Assembly (NCBI RefSeq): GCF_036321535.1 | Contig: NC_087447.1 | Span: 34,288,001-34,352,000, forward strand | Direction: 5' to 3' | DNA: 64,000 nt | Source: Camelus dromedarius | Lineage: Eukaryota | In this document: piece by piece, positions 23,359-34,032 of the stretch | How the letters are laid out: each line of letters starts with the position of its first letter | Position numbering within the stretch: the stretch's first letter is position 1 | Translations under genes and position numbers: made by a program | The notes under the pieces: model-generated | Database searches by the model: none | The model's input: only the letters and a program-made list of their open reading frames with translations | What the model was told of the DNA's origin: nothing

Positions 23359-23575
23359 AAACACATCACTCAGCTGTACTTTCTTCACAGCATTTGCCGC
23401 TCTCTTAGTAATGACCTTATGAATGCATTTGTTCACTTGTGTTTTGTCTGTATCTCCCCACAAGAAGGTAAATTGAACATGGCAGCAGAAACCTTGCTAT
23501 TCTTGTTTCACAGTGCCTAGAACAGTGCCTACTGCATAGTAAGTGCTCAGTAAAAAGATGAATGAATAAATGACT
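23359..23575 (+). mobile_element. L2 3' end
   Basis: ttgtctgtatctcccca...gtgcctagaacagtgcct...gtaagtgctcagtaaaaagatgaatgaataaatg. Confidence 0.75.
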
Positions 23576-24229
23576 CCCCAAAGACCAAAGCCCCCCTCTC
23601 ACTGCCTTTCTTTGCACCAACATCCACACCAGCCTTGGCTCTGGGCTTTGGCCTAGATGAGCAGCCCCTATGCTCAGATTCCCCACAAGCTCCTTCAGAC
23701 TCACTCTGGCCTCCATCTGAACACAGGGCTCAGGTGAGTAACAGGTTTCCAAGAAACAGCACTCCCAATAGGGCTTCCTTTTCCGTATTCCTCAAAGCAG
23801 AAAAACTACCAGCATCAGTATCTTTCCAAACTCCACACCTCAAGGCACAGACCAAACTCAGTAGGACGCTGGGACAGAATGACTTACTCACGCCCGTGGC
23901 TGGAAGAGCTCACAGCAAACGCTGCCTGGCTGCTGCTCTGTAACTCTTCTCCCAGTTTTCCCTGTAGATCTCAGGGCCAAAGTCAACTGCATTTGTACTT
24001 CATAATCGGTTCCTTTTAACCCGAGATACTGGACAGGATTTGGTCCTCTCAGCTAAATTCTTTCTGGCAAAAGCCTCTCAATTCTTCTCTCTTACTCTTC
24101 TAATTTTATTTTGAAAATACGCTGTTTTTATAACAGGAAGATGGGGACTGCACTCTGCAGAGGGAAAAGAAACAGGAGGTGGCAAGGTCCAGCCCTGCCC
24201 CTGCAGACCCCACCACAGGGACAAGTCGA

Positions 24230-24350
24230 TGCTGAGTCACCAGTGGATGGTCAATTCCCCAGCTTGTGAGTCAGTGGCTGCTGTGCATGGGTCTTCTCAT
24301 CCCTTCCACGTGCCTGCAGTCTCCCCGAAGCCAGGAGAGAAATGACTAAC
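24230..24350. promoter_or_regulatory. ARE / AP-1 / E-box motif cluster (candidate enhancer)
   Basis: TGCTGAGTCAC 24230-24240, TGAGTCA 24267-24273, CACGTG 24307-24312, TGACTAA 24343-24349. Confidence 0.45.
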
Positions 24351-26529
24351 AGCAGACATCCCTGTCCAGGGATGACTTCAACTGAAACCATAACATGGTA
24401 CTGATCAGATAAGAGGAACCATCATCTTACAGTACACCTTACCGTATGGCCCCAGGGTTGAATTGGGTTGGGACAAAGGACGGGCTCTAGAATAGCTGGG
24501 TTAGGCTGGACACCTCTTTCTCCAGCCTGTCTCTGAGTGTGTGTCAAGACTCACACTCTGGGAGATGTACTGGGGATGCTCTTGAAGTGAAAAAGACTAA
24601 CCGCTGTTCTGAAACTCTAATTTACATGCTGGAACTCTTGCTTAATGCGGACTATTTTTCTCTTAGAAATTGCCTTCCAAGAGGTAGAAGCAAGTGATAA
24701 TAAACTTTTGGAGAGGAATTAGTAAAACTCACCTAGGGAAATGTTATGGAGGGATGAGCTCAAGATAATAACATTTGCAGACCATCTTGCCATCACTGAG
24801 CATTTTCCTAGGCTTCATGTCACTAGTCATCCGCATCTTCTGCATCTGCACCCCCAAATGGTAACGGCAGTGACCAATTATTGAATACTCACTATGTGAT
24901 GAGCATTTTATATATGTTATCTTATTCACTGCACGTGAGCTGGTATCCATTATTATCTGTATTTTACAAATTAGGAAACTGAGGAATAAGGGACATTAAA
25001 TAATTTTGACCCAGAACAGATAACTAGTAAGTACCAGATGTGGAAACCAGCTCCTTCTCTGACACCCAGAAGCCCCCCTTCTCTGCTGCCAGCCTCTCCT
25101 CAATCAAGAGTCTATTTACTCTGTTTACCAAGTCAGAAAAAGTGTATTTGTTTGGTTTTGGGGTCTTTTTTTTCCCCCAGAAAGACTTGCACCAACTATT
25201 TTTCATAACACTAAATTAAAATAACACCTGAGCCTTAGTCTCTTCTTATAAGAGTGTGGGACAAGATTGTCTCTACAGTGTCTTCCAGGTCCCAAGGTCT
25301 GTGATTTCATTCTGCTCAATTGCTCAAAGCATCTTTGTCCTCTCAAGAGGGGAGAAACATCTTATTAGGCTCTTTAGAACATCTACCAGCAATTCTCTGT
25401 GGATAGTGGGGTTCCTACAAGATCCCCAGAGCGGATAATAAGTTAAGAGCCACAGTCTCCTGGGATATGTGTAAAGCCAGCAGAGGAAGCTGATCTGCCT
25501 CCTTGGGGAGGTCTTGGCTCCCACTCTGGCAGTGGGTGAGTCCAGGTCTCAGGTGATTACCAGCCGCACCAACCCCTGGGTGTATCGGAGTGTGTGAGCA
25601 GCCCGTGTGGGTGTGGAGGGGATCCCAAGTCCCCAGGTCTGCTGTTTTTCCTGCAGCAAAATGAGAGAGGGCTCCACAGGCTCCAAGCCTGAGCCCACCC
25701 ACCAAGCAGGCTGCCCACCTGCCCACCCTGCCCTGCCCTGGTCCAGCCATCACCCACATTGGCCACTGGGCACACGGTCAGCAACCTGGCAGCACAATCA
25801 CCCCAGGAATCAGCTTCGGCAGAAAGGCTCCACACTGCCTCTTACAAGAGTCACCCCGATTTTCACCATGGCCATGGCCTCCTTTTCCCCGGCCCCCACC
25901 ACCCTTCCTTTCATTCCCTGAGCCCCCTTCTCCAGCCCCTTCCGCCCCCTCTCTGTTCCTCGCAGACCACTGCTGTTCCCCACCTGGGACAGCACCTCCG
26001 CAAGCACCGCACATCTGCCTCTTTCTAAGTATCTGAGTCTCAGTTCCAACGGCACCTCCGCAGGGTGGCCTCTCAGCCCTCCCGTCACTGCCACTTCACT
26101 GTCACTCGGCTTATTTTCTTACTCGCCCTCACCATGATGTAAAACTATTTCGTGTATCTATTTCATCTCCTGTCTTCCTGTCACTAAAATATAAGTTCTA
26201 TGAAGGCAGGACCCCCCTACTTTGTTCACTGTTGTGCCCCCAGTGCCTCAGATAGAATAGGGGGTGCTCAAAATGGAGTGAACAGAACCTTTCATCTCGA
26301 ATGTCCTCATCTATAAAGGGGAGATGATAACAGTTACATCACAAGGCTGCTCAGAGGACTAGAGACAATGTATTCTCAGGGTCTGTCAGATTCGGTCCCA
26401 GAAACAGGCAGTTTTAAATACTGCTTATGATCGCCCTGAGAGAAGCAGAGGGCACGGGGGGTAAGCCTGCAGGCCCTGGAGCTGCACCTGCCCGTCACGA
26501 CGAATTCACCGTCTGCCCTTCAGCAGATG

Positions 26530-26690
26530 ACATAACTTCTCTCAGCCACAGTTTCCTCATCTGTAAAATCAAGACAATAATAGTGCTAACTCATAGGGCC
26601 ATTGTGCAGATTAAACAAGAAATCCATGAAAAGTATTCAGAACAATGTCTAGCATGAACTAGACCCCAATAAATGTCAGCTATCACCACG
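26530..26690 (+). mobile_element. MIR SINE
   Basis: cagtttcctcatctgtaaaat...tcatagggccattgtgcagattaaa...caataaatgtcagctat. Confidence 0.8.
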
Positions 26691-27979
26691 GACAGATACA
26701 GGGCTTCACATTTCCCATTGTGCCCTCCCCTCCTGCGCAACAGAGCCTTCAGCACTTCTGCATAAATCCTCTCAGCTCTTACTTCTGAAACTCTATGAGG
26801 GCTAGAAACTACCCACTCTGTTTTATAGCTGGAAAGACGGAGGCTCCGAGAGATCAAGCGGTTTGCCTGAGGTCACACAGCTAGCCAAAAGCAGTGGAGG
26901 AAAAGGCTCAGAACCAGGAATTCAAACTCTTTTTCTCACCATGCTGTGCTAGCGTCCTCATCCAACCTACAGCCCCAGAATCTGAAGACATCATGGTGGG
27001 CCCGAGAGGGAGAAACCCCACAATGTTGCTTGAATATCCCTGTTCAAAACAAACAGAAGCCCTAGGCCTCCGCACACTCACTGAGGCCAAGTGCGTCTCT
27101 CCCAAGCCCACTCCCTCGTAGGCCAGTGGAGGGCTTGGCAAAGCCACAAAGGCAGAGGGAGCCTGTGGCTTCAGCCACTAGAGCAGTCCCAGAGTTCCAG
27201 TGCTCTCTCAGCTCCAAAGCAACATCAAAATAGCCCCGCATTTGCTGGGGGTGGGTCAAAGCAGGGCGCTGACGCGGTCACCCAGGGCTTTGTCAACTGC
27301 TTTCAGCTGGCAGGTGTGTTTGTTCACTGGGCACCGGTGTCTTTCCCACGGACCAGCCCAGCCTGGCAGCCCTCCCAGTCTGACTCCCTGCCCTGCCTCG
27401 GTCCCTGGCCCCTGTTCTCAGAAAAGTTTTCAGAGGTGGTCTGACCAAGTCTTAGCAGCTTCTCCCACACCAGGACAAGTCAGGAGAGGGACTCTGGGCA
27501 CAAAACGGGGCTGGGTGCAAATGATGGAAGGAGGAACCAAACTGCACTCATCAAAAAGCGACTGGCACCCTGTTCAGTCTTTTCAATGCCCAGTAGGAGC
27601 GGATGTGGTCGTGACCAAGGCATCAGGCTCTGACCGGTTTCAGGCGGCACACCGTGGGCCCCAGGCACAGTGGGACAAGAGCAAAGTTTCCAAAAGTGCA
27701 AAATCCCAAGAGGAAGTAAAGGCTGGCAATCTCAGAAAACACTCACCTGCTAAGGGAAGTCCACCCTGTTCAATTCCTTAACAAAGCAACAAGGCATCGG
27801 GAGCCTTGGTGAGAAAGAAGTCACTTGGAACCAGTCAGATTTGAAGCAGGGGGCAAGGTGGTTGCGGGTGGAAATTTGATTGCATCCTGTCATCCTCCTC
27901 AAAACCGCTTCCTGATCGTCCCCTGCCCACAGTCCAGACTTCCTGGCATTTCCTTCTAGGGGCCTCCTGAACTGGTCCT

Positions 27980-28414
27980 CTACTGGGTTGAATGGTGTCT
28001 TGCCAAAAACTTCATGTGCTCTTAGAAACTCCAAACGTGACATTGTTTGGAAATAGGGTCTCTGCAGATGTAGTAAGGCCTGTATTAGGGTCAGCTCTAA
28101 ATTCAGTGATTAGTGTTTTTAATGACAAGGTTGTGAAGACACAGAGATGCACAGAGAGAAGAACACCACGTGAAACTGAAGACAAGTACAGGAACGATGT
28201 GTCTACAAGCCAAGGAACAGCAAGCATTGCCAGCAACCCCTAGAGGCTGGGAGAGGCACGAAGAAGATCCTCCCTCAGACCTGCCAGAAGGAACCAACCC
28301 CGCTGACACCTTGATTTCAGACTTCTAGCCTCCAGATCTGGGAGAGGATACATTTCTGTTGCTTTAATTCACCCTGTGGTGGTATTTTTTTACAGAAGCC
28401 CTAGGAAACTAACA
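27980..28414 (+). mobile_element. MaLR solo LTR (MLT1C/D-like)
   Basis: gggttgaatggtgtc...gtgacattgtttggaaatagggtctctgcagatgta...ctacaagccaagga...gacaccttgatttcagacttctagcctccaga...gccctaggaaactaa. Confidence 0.9.
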
Positions 28415-30112
28415 TAGGTTCCCACGTACATGTCTACCCCTGCTCTCATCAGTCACCCTCCTCACCTCCACGTAGAGGAGGGGGTTGTTATACATTCTTT
28501 TAAAAAGTGACAAGAGTTCAGGTCTCCTCTCTGCCATTTTGACTGCTGTGTGACTTTGGGCAAACCAATCCACTACTCTTACTTTCAGGTTTCGAATCTT
28601 TAAAATGAAGATAACGGAAGGGCCATTTTGGGGGTGTTGAATGAGAAAATATACACGTAGCAAGGATGCTTTAGAGCCACTAGAATTTCTCTTCGGGAAG
28701 GTAACCCATTTGTTTGGAAAATGCAGCTTAATAAAGCACTTGCAGGAGGTTGGATTCCAAGGGCTGGAATGGGTTAACGTGATGGTGTAGTGTGTGAGCT
28801 GGGTGGTAAGAACTGGCTGATAAAGGGAGAGGAATGTAAAAGGAGAGGAAGAATCTAAGAGATAAGAGAGCAAGAGCGAGGGAAGGAGGGAGCAACCCCC
28901 CTCCACACTACAATGTGTTAAGGAGGGTTTGGGGGAAAACAGAAATGTTGAACGGACATCGTCAGTTGTTTGTGGTGAAACGTACAAGATGAGCTCGTTC
29001 TCCCATCTCCCCCACAAAATATCCAGAAAAGTCAAAATTGAGTACCAGTGCGTTTATGCTCATGGATTCTTTCAGTTTGAACTTAAGGTACCAAGTTTGG
29101 AGGCTGGGTTGCCACAGACCAGGGAACTGGAGACCCAGAGACCTGGGGGACTTCTGGTTCAGCCACACACACAAGTGGCAGGCATGGTGCAGGTACTTTA
29201 TAAACATTATACATAGATGTTTGCTTCAGCTTCAGTCCTCACCTTCCTGACCACACCTGACTCCTGCCTGAGGAGTCACCCATTTGAATCCTACCCGTCC
29301 TTCAAGAATCAGCTGCCTCCCTATGAAGACGTCACCTCCTTTCCTAGCTGGAAAGGGATGATCTCTCTTCTCCCAACTTTGTGCAGCTCCCGTTCCTATG
29401 TAATAGGTACTGTTTCTTTCTGGAGTCAGAGGTAATTGATAAAAAACAAGACAAAAAATCATGCAGAGGCAGATAAGGGAAGACGAACTTAGGACAAAGA
29501 GAAAGGCCCAGGAGGGAGGAGGAGGGGGAAGGTGGGAGGAAGGGGCACTGAAAAGCTCAAGTGGCCAACTTCATTCACGGTCACTGTATCTGGGCTGGGC
29601 GAGCAGGACGGAGGGGAAAGGTGATATCACAGGCAGAGCCTTTTGTAAAGCTGAAATTCAAGCATTTCTCCTGACTCTTGAGGGTCATTCTGAAGCACAG
29701 CGAAAACAATTGCTACGCTGGTAACGTGGTTTCTTGGAAGCTTTCTATAGCCATGTGGGCACGGATTACCAAAACCTCCACCTGCCAAGCTTTCTCTCCG
29801 CCCTTGCTCAGAGCAAATAAATATATTCACATTAACCTCAAAGGTGGGGCAGGTGAAATGCTCTGATCCACCCTCAAAGGGCTCTGTAAAGGAGCTCTCC
29901 ATGGGCCTGGAAGAAGGAAATAATTCCATTTGCCCATTCAGTAGAGAGGACAGGGGACAGCCCCTTCTCTTCCCCCATCCCTCACTCTCAGCACCTGTTC
30001 TGGAGCCCAGGCTACTGGACTGCTGGGAGGTGAAGGTACAGGAAGAAAAAGTACTATTTTTGCGGTTCCCACAGAGGTCCTTGTGAAGGGGAGACAAACA
30101 AGTAGGTAAGTA

Positions 30113-30947
30113 TGTTGCCGAAACACGGCCTCTGAACCCCACTTACTGAAGTGAGACCTGAGGACAGAATTTTGAATGAAGTAGAAAAGGCAGCTTTATT
30201 TCTTTGCCAGGCAAAGGAGGCCACAGTGGGCTAATGTCTCTAAGACTGTGAGCCTGCTGGGGAGAGAAGGCAAGGGATTTTATAGTAAAATTTCAAGAGT
30301 TCAAGGGGCAGAGCTAGTTTCTACAGAGATCACATACAGGGTAACAGATTGTTGCAAAGTTGTTCTTGTTTTTGCAGATGCAGTGGTCTCCTTCCCTCTG
30401 CTGGGTAAGAAGTTCACCTCCAGCTGTGGGACTATCTTAATATTCTTGTACTTAGAACAAGGGATGCATAGGAAGGGGCTCCATGGAAAAGAGGTCTCGA
30501 GAAAAACTTGTGCAGTTTAAAGTCAGGCTGATAAATGCTTTTACCCTTTTAAGCAGGCTGAGGCCTGGGATCACCTGCTGCAGGCTGAGGCCTGCTGCTG
30601 GAACAACAGGATACAAGGAAACCTCAAGGGGTCAAAACCAACTGCAAACATGCACAGTTGGGGTGAATTATGAAATACAAGATGACAAAATGCTCAATTG
30701 CCATTTCTGAGGTGTCAGGGACAAGGGGAAGGCACTGGGGTCAAAAGCAGGGCACTGAATATGATCCCTTCACACAGCACCACAAGAGGGTTGGGGCAGA
30801 CCCCTCAAGCCTCCCGCCTATCCTGCCCAACCCTGGTCAGCAAAAGCCAGGGAAAACCCCTTTAAACCATTATACAGTTAAGCAGTTACAGACACGACCA
30901 CAGACATCAGATGGTCACCTATGACAACAGGGTCCTGCTCAGTTACA
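30113..30947 (-). mobile_element. ERV1-type solo LTR on minus, containing an apparently opposite-orientation LTR segment (about 30550-30850)
   Basis: Minus strand starts TGTAACTGAGCAGGACC and ends CGGCAACA. AATAAA at 30195-30200, TATA-like CTATAAAA near 30280, flanks agta/agga. Family assignment is from recall. Confidence 0.65.
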
Positions 30948-31277
30948 AGGACAGTGCAGTGGGAGTAATATAATGATAGCCCAAGGGTTTACGACACTCT
31001 GGAGGGGGCAACCTAAACCCAGGAATTACTCCCCACTGAGCATTGAAGGCTGAAGAAGAACTATGATGTTTCTTAAAGTCCACAACTCACTACCACCAGA
31101 ATCACATGAACTGGCTGTTAAATTCATGGTCATTTCAGAAATATTAAAAAGTAAGGAAATATCTGACTTGGAGGGGTAAAAAAGAACCTATGATAACCAG
31201 GCGAAAAACCTGAGGTAGAGATGGAAAGGGCTGTCTAAGCAGAGGGAACAGAACACACAATGGCCTAGAAGTAAAAC

Positions 31278-31726
31278 TGTAGTAGGGAAAACCCTTTGTA
31301 GTCTATCACAAGTTAATCACTAAAGGGATGTTGCCGATAAGCATCTCTTATGTATATAATACATATAATGGCCCATCTCTGGGAGCCCTGCCTCCCAGGT
31401 AATGAGCATTAAGCTAAAATACCTCTGTTTAACTCACAGGAAGCATCCTGATCAGGCCCACCTGTGCATGACTATGGGAAGGAAGACATTAACACATTCC
31501 TTCCAGAGGCTAACCACACAGGGAATGTTTGACTTTACTCCCTCCCCTTTTAGTATTAAAAAGTCTGAATTCTAACTCTGTCAAGATGGTTCTTTGGGAC
31601 ACAAGTCCACCATCTTTTCGGTCTGCTGGCTTTCCAAATACAGTCACTATTCCTTGCCCCAACAATTCGTCCCTCAAATTATTGGCCTGTCCTGTGGCGA
31701 GCAATATGAGCTTGGACTTGATGACA
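31278..31726 (+). mobile_element. ERV1 MER4-group solo LTR (MER39/MER34/LTR39-like)
   Basis: TG...CA termini with flanks aaac/aaat. The 3' part aagatggttctttgggacacaagtccaccatctt...ctgctggctttcc...ttccttgccccaaca...ggcgagcaatatgagcttggac is typical of this group. Confidence 0.8.
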
Positions 31727-31779
31727 AAATCATGGTCCCCATATAGGCACCATTATAGTATATACATGGGGAGAACTCA

Positions 31780-32165
31780 GTGAAGTGGCTGTGAAAACAG
31801 AACACCATTGACTGGGTGACTTAAAACAACAGACATTTATTTCTCACTGTTCTAGAGGCTGGGGGCCAGCATGGTGGAGTTCTTGGTGAGGGTGCTTCTA
31901 GATCATGGACAGTTGTCTTTTCACTGCATTCTCACATGGGAGATGGGGGTGGGGAAAGAAAGAAAGAGAGAGCGAGCGAGTACAAGTGGTCTGGTCCCTT
32001 CATCTCCTAATAGTGACACAAATGCTATCACTGGGGCATTACCCTTTTGACTTCATCTAAACCTAATTATCTTTCAAAGGATCGCTGTCCTGATAACATC
32101 ACGTTGGGGATTAGGGCATCAACATATGAATCTGAAGGAGGGGATACAATATTCAGTCCACAGCA
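31780..32165 (-). mobile_element. MaLR LTR (MLT1A/B-like)
   Basis: gactgggtgacttaaaacaacagacatttatttctcactgttctagaggctgg...tcatctaaacctaattatct...gattagggcatcaacatatgaat...attcagtccacagca. Confidence 0.88.
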
Positions 32166-32219
32166 CTGAGTTGTAGGCATTGAAGTTAATGACTATGAGA
32201 ATAATCCCTGATGGTCTAA

Positions 32220-32590
32220 GATATACCAACGAGAGAGTCCATCATAGCATTGCCTGTGATAATCTAGAGTTGGAAACAACATAACTGTCCAACAGTCAGG
32301 AATTAATAAATTATGGTACCTGCATAAAACAAAATACTCTGCAGCTAATAAAAGTGACTGTATATAAACATCTTTAATCACATGGAAAGACATCTCTGAT
32401 ATGTTAAGTTTCTTAAAAAGTAGGTCAGAAAATATACAGATGTTAATTAGTAGGAAAAAAGACTAAAATAAACCTGACCAAAATATCCACTATTGTTATC
32501 TCAGGGGTGATATTACATATAGTTTTTTAACCATTCTTTTATGCTGTCTGTTTATTCTAAATTTTCTACAATAAACTGGTAAAATGTTTG
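32220..32590 (+). mobile_element. Ancient L1M (L1ME-like) 3' fragment
   Basis: atagcattgcctgtgataat...ggaaacaac..tgtccaaca...taaattatggtac...aatactctgcagc...acatggaaaga. Confidence 0.7.
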
Positions 32591-32605
32591 AAATCAGAAA
32601 GGGAG

Positions 32606-32607
<2 letters not shown>

Positions 32608-32656
<49 letters not shown>
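32608..32656. repeat. (TG)n microsatellite
   Basis: Pure GT run of about 24 units. Confidence 0.97.
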
Positions 32657-32663
<7 letters not shown>

Positions 32664-33824
32664 TTATGTATTTACTACCAGGCATGACCCAGGAAATGTG
32701 GGAAACAGCATCCGTATGACCCTCCAGGTCAGAATGAATGAACAGACACCCAGCCTGGGACTCATGCAGCCACTCACACTGCTGGCTGTTACCTGAATCC
32801 CCTCGGATTTGCTCCTCTGAAGGTCACACTCCATCAGTCCCAGTCATCCTCCTAAATAGTTTAAAGGACACAGCCATGCTCACCTTCCAAGATGGGAATG
32901 TAATTAGTTCTTGGGGTCAAAGGTTCCTTTTTAAAATGTTTGATTAATTATTTGTTAGCAACTCAGCATTGACAGATGTGACTGTTGGCCTATGGGGGGG
33001 GGGGCAGTGGGGTGGGGGAGGTGGGAACACGAAAGAAACAGCTCCAGGGTGGAGAGAAGATGGTTGTAGACTTTGAAGATCTCATGAGATCAGAGAGTGA
33101 AGGAGAAGCTCTTTGCCTTTACAAATGAATACGAGCTAGTAGCTGACTGCCTAAGGCAAGTCTAAGAAAGAATAACAGCTGAGCTTCATTAAATCACCCA
33201 TCTGATCCCTCCCCAGTCTGTACTCCAAAGGTATAAGGGTGAACATGACACAGGTCCAACTTTTATGGACCTGGGAGAGAAAGACAAAAAGCACATGCAT
33301 ATGTGCTGTGAAGAGAAGCAGTGATAAGTACTATGAAAATAAACTACAGGAAGTGAATACAGACGACTGAGGTGCTGTTTTCGATGGGGTGGTCACGACA
33401 GAGTACAGATAAGAAGGACGTGAGGAAGCACATTCTGTTCATTTGTGGGAAAGCATTTAAGACAGTGGGAACAGCAACAATGAAGGCCCCAAGTTAGGAG
33501 TGTGCTTGGAAACCCAAAACAGCAAGGAAGCCAATGTGGCTGAGTGAGTGAGTCTGGGAAACGCTCCCAGGGCTACCCGATCCTGCCAATGAGGCGGGGT
33601 CCCTCCGCATATGGGTACCTCACACCCTGCCACCATCTGTGGATCAGACACAGGAAGGAGCTCTCTTCCACCACCACCTCCAGTCCAAGAGGAATGAGCC
33701 TGAAAACATATGATGTAGTGGTTGAGAGCTCAGACTTTGAAGTCACACCCCCTGGGTAAAAGCCCCTGCTCTGTCACATCCCCACTGTGCACCCTTGGGC
33801 AAGCTGCTTAGCCTATATGAAGCC

Positions 33825-34032
33825 TAGGGGTGTGCTTGTAAACCGGTCTGCTGGGGAAGAGGAGGGCAGGGGATGGAGAAAAGTCCTGATGTATAGCATT
33901 TGCCCATTTCTGTGGTGTAAACACTTCCAATGTGGTTGATTTCACTCAGCAACATGAAATCCCTGAATCTGGAATTGGGAAGAGACAGTTGATTCCCGAG
34001 AGCCAGTACCAGCCAGCTCCAGCATACCATTG
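33825..34032 (-). mobile_element. MER63-like hAT-Blackjack element nested in a MIR (about 33715-34160)
   Basis: ctgatgtatagcatttgcccatttctgtggtgtaaacact...ttgggaagaga...gagagccagtaccagccagctccagcataccattg. The MIR core resumes at cttcagtttctccatctgtaaaatggg. Confidence 0.8.

Noticed and set aside
23500..26000. Possible ortholog of human MIR4694, which I recall lying in this NAV2 intron
   Set aside because: I found no matching hairpin by eye and the expected position is only a rough recollection.
26530..26940. Adjacent inverted MIR pair (also 41690-42385) as a dsRNA source
   Set aside because: The copies are ancient and visibly too diverged for long stable pairing.
27200..27781. 193-aa + strand ORF
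   Set aside because: Non-ATG start, no homology I recognise, antisense to the presumed host gene; chance ORF.
28409..29035. Longest ORF (208 aa, minus)
   Set aside because: Runs through a MIR and low-complexity purine tracts; no protein-like features or splice context.
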